DNA of 64,000 bases from Mytilus trossulus. Lineage: Eukaryota. Position 1 is the stretch's first letter. Each line of letters begins with the position of its first letter. The translations under genes and the position numbers were made by a program. The notes beneath the pieces were generated by a model. That model saw nothing but the letters and a program-made list of their open reading frames with translations. It did not search any database and was not told the DNA's origin. Below are positions 63,996 through 64,000 of the stretch, one piece after another. The stretch spans positions 434,001 to 498,000 of the forward strand of contig NW_026963298.1 in NCBI RefSeq assembly GCF_036588685.1. The letters run 5' to 3'.

Positions 63996-64000
63996 TAAAA

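Noticed and set aside
59668-63998. 20-aa repeat ORFs such as 61581-62354
   Set aside because: By-products of the 60-bp satellite; frame broken by 61-bp units and stops.

Overview
AT-rich, repeat-dense eukaryotic genomic DNA. The repeat families and gene types suggest a bivalve mollusc, probably a Mytilus-like mussel (inference). (1) A near full-length Tx1/L1-type non-LTR retrotransposon (~580-7460, +) has a CCHC ORF1, an unexpected extra ORF, and an APE-RT-CCHC ORF2 broken only at T homopolymers. (2) A large spliced + strand gene starts upstream of the window and ends at 46874. It encodes ankyrin repeats - Roc GTPase - COR - two death-like domains, i.e. a kinase-less DAPK-like ROCO protein. 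Each ankyrin repeat sits on its own phase-0 99-nt exon: 11 intact exons (the last is 102 nt) plus one disrupted exon. The array was built by nested tandem duplications that carry intronic 30-bp and 29-bp minisatellites. (3) A small sushi/CCP + C-type lectin gene (50666-~55511) shows signs of decay. (4) A cluster of hammerhead-ribozyme-bearing retrozyme-like repeats lies at 55790-58530. (5) A 60-bp satellite with a 720-bp higher-order repeat runs from 59545 to the end. Penelope-like RT fragments, a tRNA-derived SINE and MITEs fill the introns. The best candidate for a novel system is the exon-modular ankyrin-ROCO-death-domain gene, a possible diversifying innate-immune receptor. Exon coordinates were read by eye from AG/GT sites and reading frame; there is no transcript evidence.
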